NCBI GenBank assembly: GCA_950097015.1
Contig: CATNEN010000039.1
Span: 18,972,001-19,036,000, forward strand
Origin: Macrostomum hystrix
Taxonomy: Eukaryota > Animalia > Platyhelminthes
Direction: 5' to 3'
Length of the DNA: 64,000 nucleotides
Part shown: piece by piece, positions 12,361-25,328 of the stretch
Numbering within the stretch: position 1 is the stretch's first letter
Layout of the letters: the number at the start of each line of letters is the position of its first letter
The notes under the pieces: model-generated
Seen by the model: the letters and a program-made list of their open reading frames with translations, nothing else
Databases searched by the model: none
Told to the model about the DNA's origin: nothing
Program-made: the position numbers and the translations under genes

Positions 12361-13348
12361 TCAGTTCAAATCCTCTCCAATAGAATCACTGACATCTGAG
12401 GGCGCCGCTGCAGCTGCTGCTGATGCTGCCGTTGCTGCGACAGACAGTCTGCCAGAGTAGGTCTCCATCAAAGATGGCAGGGCAGGCGCGGCGGCAGACG
12501 TGTCAGTCTCTGCGCAGTCGGTCCTTTGCCGCTTCGCTGCCGGCGCTTCGAGTTGGTCGTCGCTGAATCTGTTGAAATCGTCGGCATCGGCTGGCCGACG
12601 CTGCTGCTGCTGCCTTTCATCAAAAGTACTAGTAGCTTCGCCAGTGTTTGAAGCTGGCGACGCTGTCAGCGGCACAGAGTCAGGAACCGAGGCTGCGTCA
12701 CGCAGTGCGTCGGCAAACGATGTACAGCGCTGCTGGCCATTGCTGGCGATATCGGCAGCCGGTTCATCCGCCTCTTCGTTCTCTTCGTCTTCGTCCTCTT
12801 CGCCACCGGAGTCGTCGTCGTGATCGTCAGGATAGTCGACTAGCGGACGCGGAGTCGGAGAAGCTGTCGACAGAGAAGCGGCCGCTGGCACGGTTGGCTT
12901 GGGCACCGAGCGAGCCGCGGCATCGCCGCCAGAGTCCTCGTCGTCATCCTCCTCTTCTTCCTCGTCGTCTTCGTCTTCATCGTCGTTGTTGTCGTTTTTC
13001 CGCGAAGCGACTGACGACACCTGGGAAAGCGACGACATCGAGGTTGGCACCAGGGGCGGCAGCGGCGGCTGGCCCGGCCTTCGCAAGGAGTCCTCATCGT
13101 CGTCGTCTTGATCGAACCAGTTCTCTTCGTCGGCGTCTAGATCGCGCGGATCTCGGCGCATCCTGTAGGGCGACAGTACACTGGACGACATCGCCGAAGC
13201 CGCCGACGACGCAGACGACGAGTTGGCCGTAGCTGCGGCAACAGCGGCTGCAGCGGCCGCGGCAGCTGCGGCTGCAGCCATGGAACTCGGCTGCAGGCCA
13301 TCCGTAATGCCGGCCCGAGAGTAATGAATGCCCTGGTCGTGGCCGTAT
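12361..13348 (-). CDS. PPP4R3: PPP4R3/SMEK last coding exon (acidic disordered tail)
   Basis: Acceptor TTTGCACAG, phase 2 matches exon 3. Conserved motifs RRDPRDLDADEENWF and LVDYPDD, NLS-like PAAKRQR; stop at 12361. Confidence 0.88.
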
Positions 13349-13574
13349 CTGTGCAAATTATATTTGCGTTGAGTTGGGTTAAAACTGGTTTGAGTTATCC
13401 AATTACATACAGGTGTACGGTAAAGTCTTCAAGTACGAATTCCGAAATACACAGAAAATTGGGGATTTAAAAAACGGATTATTTAAAAGTTGAAACAATC
13501 CATCAGGTTTTAGTCTGTCAATTCTTTTTCTAAATCTGTTTTTATTTCAAATAACGAAATTTCAGTTTAATCTA

Positions 13575-13850
13575 AATCATTAGAATCCCAAAGCATAAAT
13601 CTAAAGGCCGAAATCCCAACTCCCAAAATCTTTAGAATCCCAATTTCTAAAATCTTTAGAATCCTAATTTAAAAAATCTTTAGAATCCCAATTTCTAAAA
13701 TCTTTAGAATCCCAATTTCTAAAATCTTTAGAATCCCAATTTCTAAAATCTTTTAAATCCCTTTTTTTTAATATTTAGAATCCCAATTTCTAAAATCTTT
13801 AGAATCCCAATTTCTAAAATCTTTTGAATCCCAACTCCTAAAATTTCAAG
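13575..13850. repeat. 24-bp intronic minisatellite (TAGAATCCCAATTTCTAAAATCTT)n
   Basis: About 10 copies. Confidence 0.85.
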
Positions 13851-14329
13851 AATGTCAACTTCCGTTTCTCCCAAAAATAATATAATCCTAATTTGTGGGC
13901 ATGACTACAATAAAAAGTGCCTACAATTGTTCTGTCAGTCAGTGCAACAGACAAATTAGCTTTGCAGACAGAGAACCAGTCAGCCTAAAACACGTACAAA
14001 AAACAGTGCGCGTACCGAACTCAGCAACAATAGACCAACTTCACAAGTCGTTACAAAAAACTGATATAAATAAAACTAAATAATTATAGGGTAAATTAAA
14101 AACGGTATAAAAAGTGTGTTTTAAATAATTAAAAATACCTAGTTGCTAGTCTTGGCGAATTGCCCAAGCTAAGCTGCTGATTGTTAACTAAAACTCTATG
14201 GCGCTTGACATTGCCGATGACATCGTCAGCCTCTTGAAGCACTCTTGGACGCTTCCGTCGACAGTTGCTGATCGAACAGGTTTGGTGAAAATTGAATCTC
14301 TAATATTTAGCATTTTTTATCTCCAAAAA

Positions 14330-14552
14330 TCTATTCTTGTCATCTAGCTAATACCCGAATTCTTCTTTTTTTCCTGTATCGCCCAAATATTCAACAAATT
14401 GTCATGAAAATCCGATGAATCAACTTCCAGAATCACAACCTTGTCAAAATTAGTTCATCGTAAAGTTAGATTCAAAGGGTGGACTTTGACGAAAATCGGT
14501 CATTCGGTTTGGGATCTATCCTGAAGTAGGCAGTGGGCATTCGAAATATCCC
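14330..14552 (+). mobile_element. Unclassified interspersed repeat, related copies at ~46780-46945 and ~55030-55185
   Basis: GGTGGACTTTGACGAAAATCGGTCATTCGGTTTGGGATCTATC matches GGTGGACTTTCACGAAAAATCTGTCATTTAGTTTGGGAGCTATC at 46867; CATGAAAATCC...CAACTTCCAGAAT...TTAGTTCATCG is shared with 55051-55176. Confidence 0.6.
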
Positions 14553-14569
14553 CGTTGTCTTACCTTGAG

Positions 14570-15116
14570 CAGGAGTCGGCAACCTTATATACCCCGCGGG
14601 CTAAAGAGAGAATCTTAAAGATGACGGCGGGCCGCATGAAGAAAGGGGTGAAATGAGACACATGAGAGATCAGACAGGGGGACGGGGGAGATAAGAAGCA
14701 AGAGAGATGAGACAGGGGAGAGATGAGACAGGGGAGAGATGAGACAGGGGAGAGATGAGACAGGGGAGAGATGAGACAGGGGAGAGATGAGACAGGGGAG
14801 AGATGAGACAGGGGAGAGATGAGACAGGGGAGAGGTGAGACAGGGGAGAGGTGAGACAGGAGAGAGGTGAGACAGGGGAGATATGAGACAGGGGAGAGAT
14901 GAGACAGGGGAGAGGTGAGACAGGGGAGAGGTGAGACAGGGGAGAGGTGAGACAGGGGAGAGATAATACAGGGGAGAGGTGAGACAGGGGAGAGGTGAGA
15001 CAGGGGAGAGATGAGATAGGGTGTACTGTAGAGTATGTGTTAGGAGGAGCTAAGGGCCGGATTTGGGAGCTTCGAGGGCCGCATCTGGCCCGCGGGCCGG
15101 AGGTTGCCGACCCATG
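14570..15116. mobile_element. hAT/Charlie-type MITE carrying the 16-bp minisatellite
   Basis: TIRs CAGGAGTCGGCAACC / GGTTGCCGACCCATG; subterminal GGCCCGCGGGCC; imperfect 8-bp TSD ACCTTGAG / CCCTAGAG resembling the Charlie NTCTAGAN target. Confidence 0.85.
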
Positions 15117-15689
15117 CCCTAGAGGGTAAAATAGCATGGTCTTTTAACTGTCAACTTTTAACTTTTAATTGTTAATCAGAAAAATTGGTTTGTGGTAATA
15201 AAAATTATATTGCAAACTGACCCTCAGTTTATCATAGAAATCTCATTGCTATAAACAATAATATGCTTTAAACTAAGAGCCAAATGCAAAGAAGGCATTG
15301 ACGAGAACAGAAAAGCAAACTAAAGCGTTATCTCACCTAATTTTTTATCTAAAAATGATCATCTGATTGCACAGACATTAGACCGACAATATTATAACAA
15401 CATCCACGGCTCACTATTGTTACGGGGAATCAAGAGAAGAGTCTGGCGAGGATATCAAATTAATAAACTATACAATTAAGCTTGTTAAGGATTCAGATCC
15501 GCAGCAAAATACAGTATAGAAGAGACCTACTGACACATGAGTGGAAGATAGCAGAAAGGCTGTTCTGAAAGTTTAAAGCAAATTTTTTTGACGCTTTAGA
15601 AAAAAGAAATACCTTTAAATTAAACAACACGGGCAGACGACACTAATGTTAGTAGATTAGTTGCTATACGGCTTATCTAGCAAGGATAT

Positions 15690-16420
15690 TGATTTAGGGA
15701 TCTGGGAAAGGGGGGTGACTGCTCAAACTGAGGATCTGAGAGAGGGAAAGGACTGCTTAAACTGAGGATCTAGGAGAGGGAGGGTGACTTCTTAAACTGA
15801 GGATCTGGGAGAGGTAGGGTGACTGCTCAAACTGAGGATCTGGGAGAGAGAGGGTGATTGCTCAAACTGAGTATCTGGGAGAGGTAGGGTGACTGCTCAA
15901 ACTGAGGATCTGGGAGAGGGAGGGTGACTGCTCAAACTGAGGATCTAGGAGAGGGAGGGTGACTGCTCAAATTGAGGATCTGGGAGAGGGAGGGTGAATG
16001 CTCAAACTGATGATCTGGGAGAGAGAGGGTGATTGCTCAAACTGAGTATCTGGGAGAGGGAGGGTGACTGCTCAAACTGAGGATCTGGGAGAGGGAGGGT
16101 GACTGCTCAAATTGAGGATCTAGGAGAGGGAGGGTGACTGCTCAAATTGAGGATCTGGGAGAGGGAGGGTGAATGCTCAAACTGAGGATCTGGGAGAGGG
16201 AGGGTGACTGCTCAAATTGAGGATCTAGGAGAGGGAGGGTGACTGCTCAAATTGAGGATCTGGGAGAGGGAGGGTGAATGCTCAAACTGAGGATCTGGGA
16301 GAGGGAGGGTGAATGCTCAAATTGAGGATCTGGGAGAGGGAGGGTGAATGCTCAAACTGAGGATCTGGGAGAGGTAGGGTGACTGCTCAAATTGAGGATC
16401 TGGGAGAGGGTGGGTGACAG
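15690..16420. repeat. 35-bp intronic minisatellite (GAGAGGGAGGGTGACTGCTCAAACTGAGGATCTGG)n
   Basis: About 20 copies. Confidence 0.95.
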
Positions 16421-16749
16421 CTGACATAAGGAGACTGGAATAAAAGCTAATATCGTGTAGGATAAAGGATGAATTGCACCTATACTTATCCCAATGACTA
16501 AACAGAAACTACCTGAGGCTAGTAACACACTTTTTAACTAAGGCAGGATGGACTTTTAATAAGACTAAGCACAAGAGCAAATTAGCAAATTACCAAAAAT
16601 GATTTCTTTTTATATTTGTCATGTCAGATGAATCGTATTCACTCGATAATAAAATTAATATGTGAATCATGCCATAATTGCAGCATTAACGATTCCAGCT
16701 ACATCTCTGCTGCGATTATAAATATATCCTCTTGCTTTCCTCCTTTTGC

Positions 16750-17130
16750 AAAAGCCGTAGCTTCGATTCTAGCCAAAGCTCTAGCTTCGATTCTAGCCAA
16801 AGCTCTAGCTTCGATTCTAGCCAAAGCTCTAGCTTCAATTCTAGCCAAAGCCGTAGCTTCGATTCTAGCCAAAGCTCTAGCTTCGATTCTAGCCAAAGCT
16901 CTAGCTTCAATTCTAGCCAAAGCCCTAGCTTCGATTCTAACCAAAGCTCTAGCTTCGATTCTAGCCAAACCTCTAGCTTCGATTCTAACCAAAGCTCTAG
17001 CTTCGCTTCTAACCAAAGCTCTAGCTTCGATTCTAACCAAAGCTCTAGCTTCGATTCTAACCAGAGCTCTAGCTTCGATTCTAGCCAAAGCTCTAGCTTC
17101 GATTCTAACCAAAGCACTAGCTTTGATTCT
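16750..17130. repeat. 24-bp intronic minisatellite (CTAGCTTCGATTCTAGCCAAAGCT)n
   Basis: About 16 copies; shares the GATTCTAGC core with the arrays at 48.3 kb and 63.5 kb. Confidence 0.95.
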
Positions 17131-17239
17131 CCGTGCAAAAAATCAGCACTTACCTCTGTGCACTTTTCAGTTTGCAAGCAAATTAAGCTAAAAAGCAAAT
17201 CAAATACTCTTCTGTTTTAAACGATCAAGTTTTACTCAC

Positions 17240-17862
17240 AAATCCACAGACGGAGAACCACGCTTCGCATCTCTACCCTTGTCCTTGAGCTGATCGTTGC
17301 GTTGAAAGCTTTCGTAGCGCTGATGCATTGCTCGAAATGTAGTGACGTACTGAACATCCCGCAGCGCCTCCCAGTGATTCTCCATCACGTGCATAATTAG
17401 CGATCTAATACTCTCCGTGCTGATGAAATCGAATAGTTCAATAATGGCCGAATTGATGAGATTGTAGCGCGGTCCATTGCGATGAAACAGAGCTATAATT
17501 GGCCGGAATAGAGCATTCTTAGTCAGGTAGCGATTGTAGAATTCGTCTTTCAAGCCGACCACCCGGCGAAATAGTTTTAGCGCGCCCAGTACTAGGAAAG
17601 AGTGACGCGACCCCAATAGAACTAGGACGCGCCGAATCAGATCCTTGGCTAGCACCAGATTCTTGACGTGATAAGTGTGCTGCTCGATACAGAATGCCAA
17701 CAGGTCAAGAATGTGATAGAGCAGCTGTGCTGTCCTATAGCCATCTTTTAATGGCGTCTCTTCGTGAGTATTGCTGTTCAATGGCGCCAGTAGGGTTGGC
17801 ATAGCGCGCTGATAGAAATAGCGCAGGAATTCTGTCTTCTCGGCCGCACTGCGCTGGTACAT
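17240..17862 (-). CDS. PPP4R3: PPP4R3/SMEK coding exon 3
   Basis: Acceptor CTATTCAG, donor GTGAGT; conserved ILDLLAFCIEQHTYHVKN, LKDEFYNRY, RYNLINSAIIELFDFI, YVTTF. Confidence 0.95.
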
Positions 17863-17974
17863 CTGAATAGTTAAACAGTGCCAGCTTTTAGTCTGTGCAA
17901 GTCTAGCAGTCAACATAGTACACTGGGAATACACCGCACTCAGATGCGTATGAGTTGAAAATAATATGAGAAGT

Positions 17975-19733
17975 CTGAGTTGAGAACTATCTAGGTTGAG
18001 AACTATCTAGGTTGAGAACTGTCTGAGATGAGAACTATCTAGGTTGAGAACTGTCTGAGTTGAGAACTATCTAGGTTGAGAACTGTCTGAGTTGAGAACT
18101 ATCTAGGTTGAGAACTGTCTGAGATGAGAACTATCTAGGTTGAGAACTGTCTGAGTTGAGAACTATCTAGGTTGAGAACTGTCTGAGTTGAGAACTATCT
18201 AGGTTGAGAACTGTCTGAGTTGAGAACTATCTAGGTGGAGAACTATCTAGTTGAGAACTATCTGAGTTGAGAATTATCTATGTTAAGAACTGTCTAGGTT
18301 GAGAATTGTATGAGTTGAGAACTATCTAGGTTGAGAACTGTCTGAGTTAAGAACCATCTAGGTTGAGAACTGTCTGAGTTGAGAACTATCTAGGTTGAGA
18401 ACTGTCTGAGTTGAGAACTATCTAGGTTGAGAACTATCTAGGTTGAGAACTGTCTGAGTTGAGAACTGTCTGAGTTGAGAACTATCTAGGTTGAGAACTG
18501 TCTGAGTTGAGAACTATCTAGGTTGAGAACTGTCTGAGTTGAGAACTATCTAGTTGAGAACTGTCTGAGTTGAGAACTATCTAGGTTGAGAACTGTCTGA
18601 GTTGAGAACTATCTAGGTTGAGAACTGTCTGAGTTGAGAACTATCTAGGTGGAGAACTATCTAGTTGAGAACTGTCTGAGTTGAGAACCATCTAGGTTGA
18701 GAACTGTCTGAGTTGAGAACTATCTTGGTTGAGAACTATCTAGGTGGAGAACTATCTAGGTTGAGAACTATCTAGGTTGAGAACTGTCTAGTTGAGAACT
18801 GTCTGAGTTGAGAACCATCTAGGTTGAGAACTGTCTGAGTTGAGAACTATCTTGGTTGAGAACTATCTAGGTTGAGAACTGTCTAGTTGAGAACTGTCTG
18901 AGTTGAGAACTATCTAGTTGAGAACTGTCTGAGTTGAGAACTATCTAGGTTGAGAACTATCTAGGTTGAGAACTGTCTAGTTGAGAACTGTCTGAGTTGA
19001 GAACCATCTAGGTTGAGAACTGTCTGAGTTGAGAACTATCTTGGTTGAGAACTATCTAGGTTGAGAACTGTCTAGTTGAGAACTGTCTGAGTTGAGAACT
19101 ATCTAGGTTGAGAACTGTCTGAGTTGAGAACTATCTAGGTTGAGAACTGTCTGAGTTGAGAACTATCTAGTTGAGAACTGTCTGAGTTGAGAACTATCTA
19201 GGTTGAGAACTGTCTGAGTTGAGAACTATCTAGGTTGAGAACTGTCTGAGTTGAGAACCATCTAGGTTGAGAACTGTCTGAGTTGAGAACTATCTAGGTT
19301 GAGAACTATCTAGGTTGAGAACTGTCTAGTTGAGAACTGTCTGAGTTGAGAACTATCTAGTTGAGAACTGTCTGAGTTGAGAACTATCTAGGTTGAGAAC
19401 TGTCTGAGTTGAGAACTATCTAGGTTGAGAACTGTCTGAGTTGAGAACTATCTAGTTGAGAACTGTCTGAGTTGAGAACCATCTAGGTTGAGAACTGTCT
19501 GAGTTGAGAACTATCTAGGTTGAGAACTGTCTGAGTTGAGAACCATCTAGGTTGAGAACTGTCTGAGTTGAGAACTATCTAGGTTGAGAACTATCTAGGT
19601 TGAGAACTGTCTAGGTTGAGAACTGTCTGAGTTGAGAACCATCTAGGTTGAGAACTGTCTGAGTTGAGAACCATCTAGGTTGAGAACTGTCTGAGTTGAG
19701 AACTATCTAGGTTTAGAATTATCTGAGTTGAGT
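17975..19733. repeat. 16/32-bp dimeric intronic satellite (GTTGAGAACTATCTAG-GTTGAGAACTGTCTGA)n
   Basis: About 110 16-bp monomers alternating between two variants; fills SMEK intron 2. Confidence 0.95.
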
Positions 19734-19837
19734 TTTAAAAGTATGTAAAATTTTTTAAACAGCTTTTCATAAGCGTCTTAGGCAAAAAAAATCTAGAATA
19801 TTCGAAAAAACGCGAAATAAAAAAAAATTAGACTCAC

Positions 19838-20665
19838 ATTTAGAGGCTGGCTATTGGTTAGCATAGACTCCGGATCAACCAGAATACGAATTAATCCTGC
19901 TAATCTCAAAGCGTCGCCCATCTCCGGATCAGGATCTGAGCACATCTGCTGAATGAGCACATTAATAAGCAGGTGCTGATTATCTAAGCTGGCCTCCTTA
20001 AGCATGTGATCTCGCAATAGAACTGGCGAATGATCAACAAAAGCGAATAGGATGTCAGTCAGTGCTGAGCGCAGTTGAGCACAGGACTGAGCATAGAGTG
20101 GTGTGAGACACTCCAAAGCCTGCTGCTGCATCAGGCTCTTGAAGAACATATCCTTCTCCGGTGGCTCTAGTAGGCAGGAGAAGTTGCACAATTCTTTCAG
20201 GAACAGAGTCAGCTCAAGCCTTCGCTCGGCACTGTTAGACTTGTCTCGCAGGCAGGCGAATAGCATTGTCATTAGCCGGTCGTCATTATTAATAGAAGTG
20301 AGAATGCTGACTTTGTTTAAAAATAGAAAAGAAGTCAGCTCAGAGAACTGATTGTCGTCGAACATGCTAGGCGTGGGCAATATGCAGTCCTGAATGTACT
20401 GCACCCTGAATGTCTGGTGGATCTTGGCGCGCAGCTCCGCCTTCTGGATTGGCAGCACCTCGCAGTGACGCGAGCGGTGAATGAGAAACTCGCGATGATT
20501 GGCTTTGTCCGGCTTGGCCGGGTCGTACTCCAGGATGCCGATGACATCTAGGATGACGTCATCAGCGAACATCACCTCGAAAAGGGATTTGTTGTTTAGG
20601 AAGAACACGTTGCGAATCACTTCGTGAAGCTGGCCGAGGCTCTTCCGATCGTCCGCCTCTTCGGC
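19838..20665 (-). CDS. PPP4R3: PPP4R3/SMEK coding exon 2 (SMK-1/DUF625 region)
   Basis: Acceptor CCGCCCAG, donor GTGAGT, 276 codons; conserved IGILEYDP, HREFL, KIHQTFRVQYIQD, SDPDPEMG. Confidence 0.95.
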
Positions 20666-20954
20666 CTGGGCGGATGGGATTAAGGGGAGAATCTTTTATG
20701 TGGCGTCAGAAAGGATTCGAACTCTGTACCTTCAACTTTTACGCATTCAACTTATTTAACAATAGTTATAGATCCCAAAAGCTTCTAAATAATTAGAATC
20801 CCAAAAAGACTGAAGATCCTAGAAATCCCTAGAATTTACCCAAGATACTAAATAATCTTGAAAATCTACTAAAAAACACAACTCTAAACCACTTGCTTAA
20901 GACACGAATAATATAGCCAAAAATTTTAATCACAAAACAAATAAATATCCTAAT

Positions 20955-21155
20955 TGCAGGAGGGCTGCGGGCAATGGCACATCATTTAGTGACACTGGAC
21001 CCACAGCCAGCGAGGAGGCAATTCTGCCCATTTCGCTGACTTCAGTGCACGCAGGCACACGCTCACACAGGCGTGTACATCTGCCCTGGCTTTCTCATTG
21101 TAAGGCAGTGTACACTTCACTGCGCCTTGGAGGTTGGCCCTCAAGGGCGTGAAAC
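20955..21155 (-). mobile_element. SINE family A, 5'-truncated copy
   Basis: Shares GCAGCCAGCGAGGAGGCAATTCTGCCCATT...TGTACACTT...CCTTGGAGGTTGGCC with 51125-51290. Confidence 0.8.
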
Positions 21156-21251
21156 CAAATGAAGACAAACATAAGTAGTAAAAATCTATTAAGAATATCA
21201 TCAGAAATGCTAAAATTGACAGAATGCTCATAAATGGCATTTATATGTTAC

Positions 21252-21848
21252 CTGTCTAAACAGGTCGGTGCAGACGCGCCTGAGATAGCCCTGTCTGAGC
21301 AGGGAGCTAACTAGTCTGTCCCGTTTGCTAACAATTGATATAACGGTGGGCGAAGCCACCACTTTGACTAGGTCGGCTAGCCAGGACAGCTCGCACGGCG
21401 GCAGGACGGGATTATCGGCCGCGGGAGGTTGGCCGCCGCAGGCGGAGCCGCTCTCGCTCTCCGTATCGTCGCCCTCCTCCGGATTATCCTCGTCGACAAC
21501 ATCCTGGGTGATCTCAACAGACGGATCTTTGCCCTGAACTGAGCAGATTTTGCCCCAGATCTCATCGCAGCCATCCTTCTCTTGAAAGCTCAACGCCAGG
21601 TCCATCGACTCAGCCTCGGACCAGACAATGAGGGTCTCCTGCTGCTTCTGATAGGCTGTGTCAGGCTGAATTCGAGACTCCAATAGGGTGGAACCGTCGG
21701 CTTCTGACACAACTAGCAGGGCGATGCCATTGAGTGATTCGACAAACACTGAGCTCACGTGACCCGTGCCCTTGTCGTCCCATTGGCGCTCCTCATTTAG
21801 CATGTAGAGTTTAACGCGTCGCCTTGTGGTTGCTCCATTCTCAGTCAT
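21252..21848 (-). CDS. PPP4R3: PPP4R3/SMEK (PP4 regulatory subunit 3, falafel/Psy2) coding exon 1, EVH1-like domain
   Basis: [25 protein letters not shown]...[13 protein letters not shown]...[33 protein letters not shown] is the family signature; donor CAG|GTAACA; four-exon model gives 1011 aa. Confidence 0.97.
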
Positions 21849-23975
21849 CTTGCAATTATGACCAAGATCTTCAAATGATTTATTTTATTGTAGTAAGCAA
21901 CGAAGCAAAAGGCAAACACAGGTGAAGTTCAGCTTTTGTTGACTAAACTAGTAGACAATGACCATTTATCGATGATGCTGCTGCAAAGAAAAATTGCAGA
22001 CACTCATATTTAAAATTAATTCTTAGTAGGGCATCTTACAATAGGCCCACTTTTTTATATAAAATTGATGAATAAATTAAGAGTTAAACCAATGCCAGCA
22101 ATTGATATAAAAACAAGCATTGCAATTTGCAATTAGTGCATAATAAATTTGCTAATGACAAAAACAATTTTAAGAAAAGAAATGTTTACTAAAATATAGA
22201 GTAATATAAGTTATAATTTACATTTTTAATGACATATTCTTCTTTTCATTTAGAAACAAAAAAGTATAACCAAGTTAAAAATGACTATATTATCTAAAAA
22301 TCTTTTTTTGCATATCGATACAAACTTAACAATACTTAACGCAAAAAGTAAGACTTAAACTTCTTACTCGTATAATGGTTTTAAAGGCAATTGTCTAGTT
22401 TAATAACAAATAAAGTCCAGTGTTACATCTAAGGGGGTGTTGATCTTGCTTGTCTGAGTTAAGACACCTCACTCATCAAAATTGGTCAAGTAATGAAAAA
22501 ATTATAACACTTTTCGATCAACATTTTAGTTGTTTTCATGTATTTTTCCCAAATGGGGCTGTGATCCAGATCACCGGATAGATTTGACTTCGAAAACAAA
22601 AAATTGCAATAACTAATATATTTTTTAATGGATTTAAAAAATTCCAAAAGCAAATAGTTCAGTTTTTCTTTATCTACGCTATGGTATGTATATACATTCT
22701 ATTAACACTTAGTATTAAAGTATTAAATTTTGATTTTACATTGAATAGGATTACTATGCTGATAAGATGTGTTAATTTGTTTATAATATAAAACTCTGTT
22801 GGCTTTAAAGAAGTGGCAAAGCCATACCTATTCTGTAGCTTAACAAATACATGTCACCACATAGACATCAATTTACTATTTACAGTCAATTGCAAAAGCC
22901 ATCTGAAATGCATAACGGGGGTAAATTATAGAAACAGGTTTCCATGAGATTCTGCTAAAGGAAAATAAAAAGGTTTGAGTATGTCATATTCTACATAAAA
23001 TTCTAGGTTAAATTTTAATGGGATACACTTGGCAAACACTATAAACAATGATTGAAAAAAAGAAAATGAAAATTTCAACCAAAAAATTGCAAAGTAAAAA
23101 AACTGTCTTTTACTAAAAAAGAATTGTTAACATTGATTTTTATATCCTCTTTCTTAATTTTTAATTTGTTTATTTCAGTATCAATGCATTAGTAAAATCT
23201 TTAAGTTCTATGTAAGGTAGTTTTTCTCAATTTTGATCACATAGCAAATACTTTAAAAAATAACAAACTTTAGCACAGTATAACTTTTTTGTTTTTGCAC
23301 TAATTGTAGCATATAAACACTTGTTGTAAAGTAAATTTTATCTTCTTTCTATTGATAGTAGGATTTTTTTAAACAAAAAAATTTTTTTTTGTCATCAGAA
23401 CATAGCATTGTTTTTTATCTTTTTTCATTTTTTCATTTTTTTCTCTCACTAGAGTCCCTAACTTAGGTTTTAAAATTAATATTTATTGTCAGAAACTTAT
23501 AGAATATAAAATTCATAAGGTTTTTACCAAAAAATAGTTCTTTTAATGACTTATAAACAAGACTTAGGGTTATGAGAGCTTTGACTTTTACTCAAATAGT
23601 CATACTAAAAGTTGTAAATTAAAATAGTTTATAGGCCTACAACTAGTAAACTAGAGTAGGCCTAAATATACCTTAGATTAGTTAAAAATAAAATAAAATA
23701 AAATAAAATAAATAATAAAACAAAAGGAAATAATTTGCTAAGTATTGGTTCTGGTGGTTCCAACTTGTTCTAAAATCTAGAATAAAAAGGCAATTGATTA
23801 GCCATTATTATACATTTTTATAGCTAGCTATAGAGGTAGCAAAATGTAACTAAACAATTTAGACACATGAACTATATTTACAGCACTGAGTTAGCTATTA
23901 TTTTTATACTATACTAGTGACTAGACTAGCTAGCAGGTTTTATTGGCAAATTTCATATATAAATATATATAGTCC

Positions 23976-24433
23976 GGTCCCAGGTCATTTTGGTGACAAG
24001 ACATTTCAGTGACAGTCATTTCGGTGACAGAATTGGTCAGTTTGGTGACAACTATCTTTACACCTAAATATGCTGAGAAAACAGCCTTCCACTATCCAGC
24101 AGCTGCACTCGCCTTGTCAATCCAAAACTTAATTAGGAACGAATAACTATTGAAACTATCAACTACTTATTAAATAATTTAATAATTTAACTCATTTAAA
24201 GTAAAACCCAGACTTAATCAGAGTGAGGCAGCTTCTTATTAATACTTATAGCATTATTTAATTAATACTTTATAAGTGTGCATAGTTAAAATGGAAGGCT
24301 GTTTTTTAGCATATTTAGGTGCAAAAATACGAGTAGTTGTCACCAATCTGACTAATTGTGTCACTGAAATGACTTGAGTTGTCACCGAAATGACTGTCAC
24401 CAAAATGTCTTGTCACTGAAATGACCTGGGACT
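23976..24433. mobile_element. MITE with long (~130 bp) TIRs and 8-bp TSD, possibly Merlin-like
   Basis: GGTCCCAGGTCATTTTGGTGACAAGACATTTC... mirrored by ...AAAATGTCTTGTCACTGAAATGACCTGGGACT; exact TSD TATAGTCC at 23968-23975 and 24434-24441. Confidence 0.9.
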
Positions 24434-25328
24434 TATAGTCCATATATATATAGCATGACAATGAGAAAAGCAGACAAATTTATATGATTTTTTTCAGCAG
24501 AACTAGGATAGATAACAGGTAAGATAGGGCTGATAGCCAGGCCAGGGTATGTGATGCTTAAATTTTAGAGCCTAAATTTATAGCTTATCTAAATTTTATT
24601 ACATTAAAGCTATACTATCGACGGTAGGCTAAGGCCATATATAGAAAATCATTGACAGGTTTGTAGGTTTTAAAAATTGTCAAAGTATACATTCATAGTA
24701 TAGACACCTCAATTATTTTAACATTGACATGCTGCTGCTGCTGCTGGAAATGAAGAGATAGGTAATGAATAGTTCTAACACGTCATGTATTTGTTTTGGT
24801 GCTCGAAATTCTGCTGATCTCTAAAGGCTACTTGCAAGCATACATTCTACTTTCATTTTGTAGCATATTTCGCATTTTGTAACATACGAAAAAAATACCG
24901 TCAAGATGGTTGCAATCATAGTATTCTAATTTGCTTCATTAGTAAGACAATCTACAAAGCCGACATATATTTCGAACAAATCTAAAAACTCACTAACTCA
25001 CTGAAGACTTACTGAGCAGTCCGTGATGGTATGAGAGGTAGATAGCGGTATATAAGAAGTGCGCGCAAAAATACAAGGAAAAGAGATTTTAAAAGACGTG
25101 AGAAAATAAATAGTAAAACAAAAGTAGAATTCCATAATTTGAGTTTAAAATTAAAAAGTTACTATTGATATTTTCATTATTTTTATATTATAAATTTAAA
25201 TAACATATTTGTACAAAAAGCATATGCGCTTTAAAAAACTTGTAACTATTGATGTTTAAAGTTTTTAACTTCGGTCAATTTTTTGGACACGCTCGATTTG
25301 TGCAGATAAATTTCTGCGATAGGATATA

